DNA of 64,000 nucleotides from Candidatus Latescibacterota bacterium (GTDB lineage Bacteria; Latescibacterota; UBA2968): NCBI GenBank assembly GCA_965198115.1, contig OZ240241.1, positions 3,584,001 to 3,648,000 of the forward strand, read 5' to 3'. Shown piece by piece: positions 20,173 to 31,661 of this stretch (position 1 is its first letter; each line of letters starts with the position of its first letter). The notes under the pieces were generated by a model. It saw only the letters and a program-made list of their open reading frames with translations, ran no database searches and was not told where the DNA came from. The position numbers and the translations under genes were made by a program.

Positions 20173-20904
20173 ATGTCCAGTCACCCTTATCAGATCGTCG
20201 GAACGCGGAAAGCCGAAGACACAAACTTCTTTATGCTCAACTCGGTTCTGCAGGCCCGGATTGAAACGGGCAAGGAGACGACCGACGACGAAGACGTCAA
20301 CATTTATCTGGCCAATCTACTGCACGGGGTGATCAAGCCCGGCGGAATCGCCGATCGATCGATTGTCTCTGGCTACGATTCCGACGTCGCCCAGATGGTT
20401 GACGAAAACGACCTGCGACATCGCTATCGTGTTTACAAAGCGAACGGGGACTACGCCCTGATCTCGACATCGCTTTTCGAGGGACCGTTTCTAGAAAAAC
20501 GCGAAGGGCTGTCACGTCAGAGCGGGGCCCTTGCCAGCCGCGGAGGGACCTACTACGGGTTCGCGGCCAACCTGAGCGAGCGCATCAACAGGAGCCACCC
20601 GGGCATTACCCTCGTCCTCCGCAAACTGTCCGAGCGATTCGACCTCTACGCAACCATCCTCACACGAGTCCGCATCGGCCACCTCAATCTCACCGCAACC
20701 CTGTCGGACGCGGAGATGTATCACTTGGAGAAAGACGCTCACAACGGCGCCAAGCCGTATCTCGCCAGCTGTGGTCGCGATCAGTTCCTCGATGCGTACT
20801 CCAGTTGGATGAAAACGAAGTCTCCGCTGGCACGACAAAAGGTCAACGAATTGGGTCTATCTCTATCTAAGGTTGATCCCGACTTCGCGTTCCAACGGCT
20901 TTAG
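20173..20904 (+). CDS. Hypothetical all-helical protein
   Basis: 243-aa ORF with strong AAGGAGG RBS; YLANLL, GDYAL and YYGFAA segments. Confidence 0.8.
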   Translation: MSSHPYQIVGTRKAEDTNFFMLNSVLQARIETGKETTDDEDVNIYLANLLHGVIKPGGIADRSIVSGYDSDVAQMVDENDLRHRYRVYKANGDYALISTSLFEGPFLEKREGLSRQSGALASRGGTYYGFAANLSERINRSHPGITLVLRKLSERFDLYATILTRVRIGHLNLTATLSDAEMYHLEKDAHNGAKPYLASCGRDQFLDAYSSWMKTKSPLARQKVNELGLSLSKVDPDFAFQRL

Positions 20905-21019
20905 GTGCGCGCTACACCTCGCAAAGGCGTCACAACAGATTCATCACCTCGTCTTTTGGTTCGGCAATTCGCTGCCTAAACCGCATGGCAGCGTTATCAC
21001 CGTTTCGTGGCGCGAACAC

Positions 21020-21043
21020 GGGCGTATCGCCATACGCCCCTAC
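21020..21043 (-). repeat. GTAG-type REP
   Basis: Reverse complement GTAG-GGGCGTAT-GGCG-ATACGCCC. Confidence 0.6.
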
Positions 21044-21121
21044 CGCCACCAACCAGGCGCCAGGTTTCCGTCTACCGTCCACTGTCCACCAATAGCTGGC
21101 CTTACTCCTCAGCTCCTCTGC

Positions 21122-22321
21122 TCAGACAAGGTTCCCCTCCGCCCGGCTACTTCTCCCCACCAACCTCACCGGCTCCTCCATCCCCACACAAAGATTCCCG
21201 TTGATCAGATTGTAATCGCTCTCACCGCTCTCGATGATACCCAGCGTTTGTGTCGGTCGCTTCTGATCGTCGGCCAGACGGTTGCTCGACACGATGTTGC
21301 GCACCATATCGTGTAAGCGAATGCCCGGATATCCATCGGCCTCCTCACGCGAATTGCTGAGGATCAGGTTTCCGGTAATGACCTGTTCGTCACCACGCGT
21401 CGCCTCGATGCCCCACTTCTTGTTATATGAGCAGACGTTGTCCGCGACGATGTTGTGATGGTCACCGCCTCGCGCCACCCCACCAATGCCTGACAGGCCG
21501 TTCTCCGAGAAGACGCTGTCGCTGCACGTCGAGTGGTGGACGCGCGCGCAGAAGAAGAAGCCGTCGCCGCCGTTCCCCTTGCCGATGTTGTGCGACCAGA
21601 CGCTTCACGCCAATCCTGTCCCCGGATGGAAGCCGTGACCTGCGCAATCGTGCGACTGGCATTGCGTCACCTGCACATCGGATCCGCGCTGGACACCGAC
21701 GCCGTCACTCGGCCATTCGAAGACGTTCACGTTCATCACGCGTGCCCGTTGACATAGGACCAGGTGAATCGCGCTATAGGTAAAGTCCCACCACTTGCCT
21801 TTGTAACCTCGGGGCCCGTGGATCGAGAAGTCGCGCAACTCCAGATCCTTCTTTCCCTCCGCCGTAATCGCTGGAAATAAGCTCTGTGCCGTCCCCCGGT
21901 CGGACGCATACAACGCCCGATTGAACGGCACGCTCAACAGCACGCGCTTTCCATCGGTCTTCTCGACGATCCCGTGCGTGCCCCACCATCCGCCACGCTG
22001 GTCGTCCCGTACCCCGATCTCCTGACCAACCCGAAACGGAACGCGCCCTCTGAACTCCAGGGTACGCCCACCCTTGCGAATGTTCCTCGCCAGCCGCGCC
22101 ACCTTGACCGCCGAAATGTAGAGCTCCGTCGACGGCCCATCCCCGATCAGACTCACGCCAGACGGCACCCAGATCGAGCGCGACAGATGCCATCGACCCG
22201 ATGGTATCCGCACACGTCCACCCCGACGCGGCAACGAATCAATCGCCTCCTGGATTCCAGACGTCGGCGATTGCTCGTCGTAGAATGTGCCAGCGTTTAC
22301 TTCATCAATTGGCTTCGCCAT
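21122..22321 (-). pseudogene. Right-handed parallel beta-helix protein interrupted by an in-frame TGA at 21605-21607
   Basis: GIQEAIDSL..GG.V.IP.G and beta-helix repeats. ORFs 21605..22321 and 21122..21478 share a frame: HPGTGLA*SVWSHNIGKGNGGDGFFFC. Confidence 0.8.
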
Positions 22322-22485
22322 ATGAAAACCCTAGACCACGGAACACACGGACGGAAAAAGACCTGCAATGGTCATACAACCTATGATAGAGATATTACCC
22401 GCCCAATGAACGCAGCCTGAAGAGCTGCGACTACCCTATGCGGGCAAGTCACCGGCACCCGCTCTCTCCTCTCCCGTTCTCCCGC

Positions 22486-23214
22486 TTAGACCTTGGGTCT
22501 CTCCAACAGTACCTGCACTCCCATATCCCGATACTTGCTCCTCAGCTCCGGATCATAAGACCGATGCACGACCGCCTTCCCCGTCCCCTCGAGCGACTTG
22601 ACCGCGTAGCCAACGCAATCATCGACCGTTTTCAAGTCGTGGTTCGGGTGCGAGTCCAGGCTGAACCCGAGGTCTGTGGGCCCGAACGAGACGGCATCGA
22701 CGCCATCTTTGCACAGCTTGTGAGCGTTCTGTACCGCGTCGACCGATTCGATCTGCATCCAGAGGACGCCGAACGTGTTCCACCAACTGGCGTACTCCCG
22801 GAAGTCGGAGAAATCGCCGTTGCGACGTCGGTGACCGCCTCCGTTGCTTCGATACCCGTCTTGGGGGTAGTAGAAGTACTTCATAGCCTCATCCACCGTC
22901 GACTCGAGTTCCACTTGGGGTACCTCGATCCCGCACGGCCCCAGATCGAGAATGTTCCCAATCAGATAGGCGTGGAACGTATGCTTGATCCGAAATTGGA
23001 CGAATACATTCAGCTCGGCAGCAACATCACAGAACTCCGCCAACCTATCCTCGTTGAAGGGCGAATGCTGCGCATCTGCCGAGATGTAATCGTAATCATC
23101 CGCCTCCAGGATCCGTGATATCTGATCCTTGTCGGAGGTCACACCCGTCGAAACCCCAAGAATCGGCTCGCCATCGCGGTACTTCTTCTTCAAACCAACT
23201 GCGTTGTCAACCAT
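22486..23214 (-). CDS. HpcH/HpaI aldolase family protein
   Basis: DAQHSP, LDLG..GIEVP, QIES, FGPTDL. Confidence 0.85.
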   Translation of the reverse strand: MVDNAVGLKKKYRDGEPILGVSTGVTSDKDQISRILEADDYDYISADAQHSPFNEDRLAEFCDVAAELNVFVQFRIKHTFHAYLIGNILDLGPCGIEVPQVELESTVDEAMKYFYYPQDGYRSNGGGHRRRNGDFSDFREYASWWNTFGVLWMQIESVDAVQNAHKLCKDGVDAVSFGPTDLGFSLDSHPNHDLKTVDDCVGYAVKSLEGTGKAVVHRSYDPELRSKYRDMGVQVLLERPKV

Positions 23215-23392
23215 CGGTCCCTCCTCATTCAGGCAAACATCGTCGTCACCACGGCGTCAGTTCGAGCCCTTCATCAGGCTCAGGATAAACTCCGTCGAGA
23301 ACCGCCCATTGATTCGACACGTACCCCAATTGCGTAAATTCGATCCCCGATGGTAGACATAGAAAAAGCGCGGCTCAAGAACAACCACACCC

Positions 23393-23447
23393 CACAAATC
23401 TCTGGACACACCCGTGTCACCAGTTACACAAATCTCTGGACACACCC
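23393..23447. repeat. 21-bp perfect direct repeat (2 copies, 13-bp spacer)
   Basis: CACAAATCTCTGGACACACCC at 23393-23413 and 23427-23447. Confidence 0.85.
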
Positions 23448-23570
23448 CACACACTCGACTTGACCGGAGCATTCCCGCGATAGCTATTGCCACCTGCTCC
23501 CCCCGTCTCTCCTCTCCCACTCCCCCGCTCAGTTTTTCTCTTCTCCCTGGCCCCTGCCCCCCGCTCGATT

Positions 23571-24902
23571 CTACCGTGTAATCGCCTCCCTACTTTTGCC
23601 TTTTTCCTTTTCCCTTTTAACTTTCTCTTCCTCCCAACCCTCGATCTTCCCCGCTTGCCACGCGTCAACAATGGCCCCACGGTTTTCCCATACGTTCTCA
23701 ATCGCGCCACAGACCTGAACCATCGTTTCCTCTGGAGCCAACAGCGCGGCCTGCCGAAGCCCCACACGTTCCTCACAATATTTCTCCACCTTCGGCAAGT
23801 TTAGTGATCGGTAATCCTGCACCCACTCCTCGCCCGCCCAGGCGAATGGACAAATGTCCTCACTATTCGCCCAATCTGGCTGGAACACATCGTGACGATA
23901 AACGGGCTCCGGATAACCCGTGCCCATCTGTAGGCCCTCGGCCTTCATCGCCTTCACGAACACGTCGCGAGGCAGCCCGTCCCACTCCTCTTCGTGATAG
24001 CGCGCTCCGTAGACGTGCCAGCTAACAACGGTTGCGTCCGGATGCCGCGTGCAAGGGGTAATCCCGGGAATCCGGTTCAGTGTGCGCGTCAGCATCGTCG
24101 CGTTCTGCTCGCGAATCTCGATGTGCTCCGGCAATCGACTCATCTGTACCAGAAGAATGGCCGCCGCGAATTCGGTCATCCGGTGATTGCCACCCCAGCG
24201 CAGTCGTGGATCCGCCTTGTCGTATCGCGAACGGCCCTGGTTGATCGCGCACCCGATCGCGTCTGCAATCGCCTCGTCATTCGTCAGCGCGATACCGCCG
24301 TCGCCGCACGTCATATTCTTGCTTTGCTGGAAGCTAAAACCGGACGCAAAGCCCCACGAACCCAGCCCACGATCTTTGTACTTCGCTCCCCAACTGTGAC
24401 AGGCGTCCTCGAGGATGACGAGGTTATGCTTGTCCGCGATCTGTTGCAGGCGATCCATATCGCAAGCGAGCCCGCCATAGTGGACCGGCATCATCGCCTT
24501 CGTGTGTGAGGTAATGGCCTCTTCGATTTGGGCGATGTCGAGATTATTCGTTTCCGGATCGATATCGACAAATCGGATGGCGGCGCCCGTTTTCAGGATT
24601 GCGGAGCAGGTTCCGATGAACGTATACGCGCTCGTAATGACCTCATCGCCAGGGCCGATGCCGGCGGCACGGCATATGGCTTCGAGTGCCACCGTGCCGC
24701 CTGTGCAGGCGATGCCGTATTGGGCGTCTTGCATCGCGGCGAAGGTGGATTCGAACTCACGGACGCGGTCGCCGTTATACCAAGAGGAGGATTCGAGGAC
24801 CTCTAGGAGGGCGTCTCGTTCGGATTGGTCGTGGTGGGGCCAGGGGTGGGTGGGGTTGGAGGTGAGAGTGGGCTGCCCATCGAACAGCCCTAAAATTGAC
24901 AT
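23571..24902 (-). CDS. DegT/DnrJ/EryC1/StrS PLP aminotransferase
   Basis: GPGDEVI, PVHYGG, EDACHSWG, FSFQQSKNMTCGDGG. Confidence 0.92.
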   Translation of the reverse strand: MSILGLFDGQPTLTSNPTHPWPHHDQSERDALLEVLESSSWYNGDRVREFESTFAAMQDAQYGIACTGGTVALEAICRAAGIGPGDEVITSAYTFIGTCSAILKTGAAIRFVDIDPETNNLDIAQIEEAITSHTKAMMPVHYGGLACDMDRLQQIADKHNLVILEDACHSWGAKYKDRGLGSWGFASGFSFQQSKNMTCGDGGIALTNDEAIADAIGCAINQGRSRYDKADPRLRWGGNHRMTEFAAAILLVQMSRLPEHIEIREQNATMLTRTLNRIPGITPCTRHPDATVVSWHVYGARYHEEEWDGLPRDVFVKAMKAEGLQMGTGYPEPVYRHDVFQPDWANSEDICPFAWAGEEWVQDYRSLNLPKVEKYCEERVGLRQAALLAPEETMVQVCGAIENVWENRGAIVDAWQAGKIEGWEEEKVKREKEKGKSREAITR

Positions 24903-24993
24903 TACGTCCTCGCTGCAATGGAGTCTTAGAAAACCAAGCGCGGAATCCAATATAGTTCAAAGGATCCCATCCGGAAATCTCCAGTTCCGTGAC

Positions 24994-27900
24994 CTAATTG
25001 GATCCAGCCCCGAAAAGACCCAATAGACCCTTTGCCAGGTCTTCGAACGCACGCTTGTTGATGCCAATGCTTGCGTATTTCCTGACCGCGTTCGAGTCTG
25101 CAAAGTTAAAACCGACACCAATGCTACCGTAGACGTTGAAGTCGTAAGTCAGTGCGATCGCGATTACATCCGCATCGTCGCTGAACAGATCTTGCGTGAT
25201 GGCAAACGCAATCCCGAACCGTCTGAGCGAGAAATCCGGGATGAAGAACCTGTCACCGGTCACAATGTCGTTTCCGAAGGACAGGCCAATCTCGAACACG
25301 GTCGGAGAGTCGTTTCTGAGAGGACGCATCAAATGCATCGCCGGCTTCTCAGCGGTGGCCGTGATAGGAAACGGGACGTATCTGACGCGAAAGACGCTCA
25401 TTCGTTCTGCAGGATCGAGCGCCTTCAGGTGCCTGAGACCTTCGTTATAGTTTCGATACAGAATCCGAGCGGTCTTGAAATCGCTCGCGTCCACAACAAG
25501 ATCGGATTTCCGAACACCCACACCCGCCAGCGTTGTGTCTGAAAGCGTGAAATTGATTTCGCGGGCCAGACGGCTTCTCAAGTTGAGTTCCGCCCGGTCA
25601 AGCTTGCGACCTGCTTGAGTGATCCCATCGACCCAGCCCTTGAGTGTAAATTGCTTCTCTACGGCCAGCGCCATGAGTTCTCTGATGGGCTTAGCGACAA
25701 AGACTCTAATTTCCGGCTATATCCGGATCTCTCAACGAGATGAAGTGGGTGAAGGTGCCGTGGTTCCTGGCATGGGGGCGCGGTTAGAGTGTGCGGAACC
25801 TCTTCGGAATCTGCTCAGGGATGTTTATGTCTCCGACGGTAAGGAAGATCATATCGTTGAATGCGTCGAGTGTGCGGAATCCGCTGGCTCGGTTCTTGAC
25901 GATCTGGACGATTCGGTTGAGGCCTTCGGCGATGGCGTTGGTAAGACGCGTGTTCACGAATGCGAGGACGCCGAAGAAGTGCTGTCGCAGGGTCCTGACG
26001 AACTTTCGCAGGGGTTCAAGTCGACTTCTGAGTGCGGACGTCGTCCAGCATTTCAGGAAGCGTTCGGCAGCCCAGGGCGCTTTGTATTCCCAGAACTGCT
26101 CGAACTCGTCCTTGAGTCTCCAGGCTCTATAGATTCGGTAGTTCGCCTTCTCCAGTGCTTTGAGTGTCCGAGTATCCCCTCTGGAGCGTGTCGCTGAGTG
26201 CCGGTAGAGGAGCCATCGGAGGCCCTTCATGGCTTTGCGCTCATCCGGGGCAGCTTCACGCCACTGGTCCTTACGGACCTCGTCAACGGCGGCATTGAGA
26301 GCCTTGACGATGTGAAAGCGATCGAGGACCAGCTTGGCATTCGGACAGTGTTCCTGGATGGCTCCGATGTAAGCTTCGCTCATGTCGCAGCAGGCCCACT
26401 CGATCTTGGATCTCCGGTAGGGACTGAGAGCCTCTGTGAAGAACCGATCGATCGTTTTACGCGCCCTGCCGCGGCCAACCCACACCACGCAGGAGCGGTC
26501 CAGATCGTAAACGAGCGTGGCGTACCTGTGACGCTTGGCGTAGGAGATCTCGTCGATCCCGATGGTTTTGAGCCCTCGGATACGATGACCTTCACGAAGC
26601 CGCGTGATGGATCGGTGAAGGAGATCCGACAGCGTCGAGGCAGAGATGCGCAGTAACTCGGACGCCGCCTTCTGCGTCATGGTCTGGCAGTAGCGCAGCA
26701 TGGCATACTCGAAGCGATACGTCACCCGAGAGAACCGCTCCGCCCACGGAATCTCCTCGACCACACGACCGTGGGTAGGACACCGAATCTCCCGAGGATG
26801 GTAGAGAAGCCAGACCCTCCACCCGCACACCGGAATGTCACGCCACCGACGCGGATGGGGCATTGTGCGGACGATTTTACCTCGACGGCCGCACTCCGGA
26901 CAACAACAACCATTCTTATGTGGCTTTACGGCGATGACGAAACAGCTTCTCCCCTCAAACCACCAGCTGACAACACGGAACCCCTTGAATCTCAGCAGTT
27001 TCGATAGTAATCTGCTCCCGGTCATAGGTCGCACCCCCTTCGCTTTGATTGTCCTACACACACAACCAAGCGTAGGGAACGATCTATGACCTTGTCATTC
27101 TATAGTTTCACCGTTGAGAAACCCGGATAGAGCCTAATTTCCTCGCCTATCTCAACTAGTGTAGAGTCGAGGTCGTGGAGCTTCTCGAGGCTTCTCTGGC
27201 GAAGCGCATCTGCCCACATTGTGTTCCAATCGTCCCCTCGCGCCTTGATGTTCACAAGGAAATCTTCGACGATACTTCGAAGCGAATCTTCTTCTGTGAA
27301 AAGAGTCGTATCTGGATCCTGGAAAGACTCGAGAATCGCTCTAGGCAATGGATAAGCAGAACTCCTTACCTTGAGATAGACCTCTTTCAAGCCCGATGAA
27401 AAAGTTTCCTCTCCAATCAAATGCAAAGCGGAGTCAAGATCAGCCGCTTGGAATTTTACTTTCATGATACCATCTTGCCTCGCCGCAGAATCCTGAAGTT
27501 GCATTAGGAAACTCTCAAGGCTGGCTCGGTTTTCATCGGAAACGTCTGCGAGCACTCTCTTTATCGTACCTCTCCGCTTGGCTATAGTTGTCTTAAGTGA
27601 TTCCAATCGCTCGATCTCGAACTCGTGCTCTTGAAGCACCTTCTCAGTCCTCTGCAGGTCTGCTGCATAAGTACCCAATGTGGGAGCCTTCTCAGATGCT
27701 TCGTAATCCCAATGTTCGAGAAGCTTATCTATAGCCTTCTTCGCTGAGTCGACGCTGGTTTTGCGTAGCGCCAGGACTCGATCTACATCGTGGGCCAGCT
27801 GCCCGGCTTCGGTTTCTTCGTCCTTCCACAGCAACGTGTCTATCTCCCCAACCTTCCACAAGTCCAACCTGGAACCGATACTCTCCAAGGGGCTTCTCGT

Positions 27901-28537
27901 CCTCAGACCCTTCAGAATCTCTTCTCCAAAGCCTGATTTCGATAGGTCATCAAGATACAGTTCGTTGCAGTATCTGAAGATGTTCTGTCCGGACACTATC
28001 TCGAAATCGCGCCATAAAGGCCGTGGCAGTGTCAATTCTTGCTATCAATGAATCCTCAACGAAATCCGATGCTGCCACCAAGTAATCTTGGCTGGCTTCG
28101 ATACGATTCCCAACCTGCTTCGCGAATTCAAGACTTTCCTCTCGCGCTTGCCGCCTAAGCTTCAGTCTCTCGAACTCCTCCGCATAGTCTCCTGGCAGGT
28201 TCAGTAGTACTTCTACATCAATCCTTTGAATCGCGTCGCCCAGGTGAAACTTCGGCATGAGCGCCGTCCAATACCGTCCGTGCTCTTCCTTGTCGGCAGT
28301 GCGTGTCTTCGAAGACCTGTTCTGGCCATAGTCCAGCGACACCTTTACGGACTGGATATTGTCACGCATTGCAAAAACAGGGAAGAATTTCAGAACATTC
28401 TGCCGATCGACAATCGGCTGCCCATCGAGCGAGTTGTCGACGGCATAGTAGTTCATGACATTTTCGTCCTGCCCTAGGGTCGGGACCGGCAGGAGGAGGC
28501 ATGCAAGGACCGTAAGCAGCTTCCATAGTCTGATCAT
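24994..28537 (-). pseudogene. Large secreted protein (about 700 aa reconstructed; coiled-coil middle, beta-rich C-terminus), split by ISL3 and a frameshift near 27955-28035
   Basis: Signal peptide MIRLWKLLTVLACLLLPVPTLG. Deleting the IS and one TSD gives the in-frame join ...EIGEEI-R-VFVAKPIREL-MALAVEKQF. Confidence 0.8.
25715..27134 (-). mobile_element. ISL3 family element, copy 1 (1420 bp; transposase 25784..27061)
   Basis: IRs GGCTATATCCGGATCTCTCAACG / GGCTCTATCCGGGTTTCTCAACG; 8-bp TSD TAATTTCC; CPEC zinc finger, GIDE, CDM, DRFH, TNAIAEGLN. Confidence 0.96.
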
Positions 28538-28547
28538 CTGGTCGCCC

Positions 28548-31494
28548 TCAGTTCAAATCCAGGCCAATGGGGTAGCTAACTTGGAAAACCAGACGATTGT
28601 CATTCCGTCGACCGAGTGTCCCAAGATAGAGTGTTGGGGACCCAGGCGAGTTGTACTTTATCGTTCCCCCGAAGGTGTGGACATTGGGTACGTCGTTGCC
28701 CCGATCGAAGAATTGTATATAGATGGCCCCGACGGTCACGTGTCTGAATCTCACGCTGGTGGCGCCACCGATCTCCCAGGCATCCCCAAAGCCGAAGTTC
28801 CCTTCGTCGCCGGTCAGAACAGAAATGAGACCGTCGATCTGCCAGTTTGGAGCGGGAAATACTCGAAACTGGGCCCCAATCAGAGACTCTGAGAGGTTCT
28901 TTTCAGTGACCATCGAGTCTGGACTCACGGCCTGTCGGAGCACGGAAACACCCGACATCCGGCTAGGAGAATCCGCTTCTGTTCCCTCATCTATGTCACC
29001 CATTCAGACTTGAAACGAATCGGGCATATCGAGTTGGAAGTTGGTGTAAACGCCTATCTGGAACCGTTCGTCTACGACGAACGACACGTGAACACCTCCG
29101 GACAGCTCTTTCGGCCCCTTTGCGACAGATAGCCCTGAGTTCAGGGAAACCAGAAGCTTCGAGAAATCCTCTAAGGGTTCGCGAATAAATAAACGGTCGA
29201 TCTCAATGTTGAGCCATTGGCCGGATCGTGTAGTTCCAGTCGCCGTGGAAATCGTGCGGAGTGAGATCGATTTGGGTCATCTGTTCATCGGTCACCTTGA
29301 CCCCGTTAGGGTAGGGTCGCTTGTCGATCTCGGAGCGTACTCGGAGACCGGCTTGAGTGGTTGTTCCGGCAATGAGATTCACGGTTGCAGCCAGGCTGAC
29401 CAGGGGCTTGCCTCGCCAGTTCATAGCGATGAAGGAGAACAGGCGATGTTCGATCTTGTTCCACTTACTAGTGCCAGGAGGGTAGTGGCATACGGTGATC
29501 GTCAGGCCAGTGCGATTCGCAAAGCGCTGCAGCTCCCACTTCCACAGCCGCGTCTTGGCGCCGTTGCTGCCGCCTGCGTCCGCCGTGATTAGCAGATGCG
29601 TCGAAGTGCCGTAGGCGGGCCGTCCCATGTTCTTCCACCAACTTCGGATCGCATTCACGGCGAAGCTGGCCGTGTCGTGATCGATACCGACACTTACCCA
29701 GCCTTCATCACGGCTCAGATCATACACTCCATAAGGGATCGCCTTGCCCTGAGCAGGCACTATGAAATCGTGTACCTTCACACGCTCCGGGTCTCCCTTG
29801 GGTCGCCATTCTCGGCCAGGATTCTTGAAGTCGCCGATCAACTCTTTCTTCTTGGTGTCCACCGAGATAACGGGAAGGCCCTGCTGCTGCTGCTGGCTAA
29901 TCCGATCATCGAGGTAAACGAACTGAGCGTCCCGATCCGGGTGTGCAGATCCCTCCCTTGTCTTCCGATTCGCCTGCAGCGTGTAATCGTGTTCGTGCAG
30001 GAGATTGGCAACGATCCTGGGGCTCACCGAATGCCCCATCGCTTGCAACTCGGCGGCCAGTTTGCGAGTGCTCTTCGATGTCCATCTCAGAGGATTGTCG
30101 TCAGGCGACCCCGCAGTCGTTGGCTCGACCAGATCATTCAGGTCCTGCCACAGCGTCGGGTCCGTGTCGGCCTTCCGCTTACGACCGCCGCCTGGACGCC
30201 GGATGCGAGCCGGGTCCAAAGGTTCGTCCGACCTCAACTCCTGAATGCCACGAAAGATCCGCTCTCTGGACATTCCTGTCGCCAGAGCCACAATCGCGAT
30301 CCCACCGTGACCCAACGCTTCGGCTTCCGTGGCGGCCCACAGACGACGCGTGCGTTCCGTCAGCACCGGAGCCAAGGCTTCATACTTCGTTCGGAGAGTT
30401 TCGACGTCCACACTCCGAGCGTAAGATCATTACCTTGAAAAGTGCAGCACTTATTTCGTGGCAAACCCTAAGGTCGAAGTGACCTTGTGTTCCGCCCGAT
30501 CCACGATGGTGACAAGCTTCTCCTTGGTCTTCGTCTTAAATGAGGAAATCCGCCGGGTGATCAGGGCATTGATCTGTTCCACAGCTTTGGTCCTGCTGCC
30601 AGAGTCGGACAAAAGCGACTGCAGACTGTAGAACGGCTGTCCAGACCCATCGAAATCCTCCAAGATTGCTTCACGGGCAAGCGCCGCGACGGATCCAGCC
30701 AGAATTTCAGCGAGTCCATCGATCCCTGCCCTCACAGAAGTCGTCTCCAAGCCTGTGACGAATTTTTTCTCGACCAGCACCGCGACCAACCCCGATGCCA
30801 CTGCGGTCTGAAGCTCATTGTTATCAATAATGCTCGAAAACACTTTGTTCAGCCTGGAAGCAAGGGCTTTGGCAAGCTCCTGTTCGAATGCGTCGAGTAG
30901 GGCCTTCGGATTCTCGAGGCTCCGTTTCTTGAGAATGTGAATCGGAATGCGTCTGGATCCCGGGAGTAAAACCAGACCACGCTTTTCTTTGTTCTTCACG
31001 CTCACCCAGAACCACACGGCATACTCTTCCCCATTGACAACCGGGCTTTCCGTTCCCCCCACCGCCTTATTCACCGTCACCAGGTCCTGCTTCAGTAAAT
31101 CTCTTGTGGATTGAAGTTTACTAAGGGTTTCCTCCAGCTCATCCTGCCGGCCCTCGTCTGCAAGTCTAGTAGTGTCCGCTTGTAGTACACGCAGCTCGTT
31201 CTGAAGGCTGTTTCGAGAAACGATCTCAATGTCCAGTTCCAGACTGTCATACGTATTGAGGAGGAGATCCCTGACGTCTTGCATCTTGTCGTAGATCAGA
31301 TCTGCCTGGAGACCTGGCTCCAAACCCTCGATCTCAGTCCCGATCTGGCGTTGCATCTCTCGAAAAATGGGCGGCCTATCGAGCGGTGAATTTGATGCGA
31401 GGACCTGAAGTAAAGGCGTGGTTGTTTGGGCGAAAACGAAACCCGGGAGCGCTCCCGATACGATCAATGCTCTGAAGAAACGTCGAAAACTCAT
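28548..31494 (-). pseudogene. Secreted / outer-membrane-like protein (about 549 aa reconstructed), split by ISAzo13 and an in-frame TGA at 29004-29006
   Basis: Signal peptide MSFRRFFRALIVSGALPGFVFA. IS removal gives HKVTSTL-EDFSKLLVSLNSG...FQV*MGDIDEG in frame to ...NRLVFQVSYPIGLDLN. Confidence 0.8.
29175..30468 (-). mobile_element. ISAzo13 family element, copy 1 (transposase 29203..30411)
   Basis: ISVDTKKKE, ITADAGGSN, GTSKWNKIEHRLF; IRs GGGTT...AAATAA; 3-bp TSD TAA in a CTAAG site. Confidence 0.96.
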
Positions 31495-31661
31495 GCGTTT
31501 ACCCCCAGTAAACTCCATTAAGACGCAGCATTGTAGGAGCCACGCTGCCGATTGAGTCACTTATTGATGGCAGGATCGATGTCGTCGTCGTCGTACCACT
31601 CGAGGTATTTTGTGATTCCCTTCCTACCTTCCTCGACGAGCCTCTCCTTCATAGCATCTCC

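Noticed and set aside
23393-23447. Mini CRISPR array
   Set aside because: Only two 21-bp repeats with a 13-bp spacer, and no cas genes.
23490-23640. Pyrimidine-rich 7-8-bp imperfect tandem repeats (also near 17560, 22460, 50530, 63940)
   Set aside because: Low-complexity intergenic repeats with no spacer structure; no function can be supported.
29004-29006. Selenocysteine codon in the secreted protein
   Set aside because: No hairpin seen downstream, no redox motif, and the gene is already IS-disrupted.
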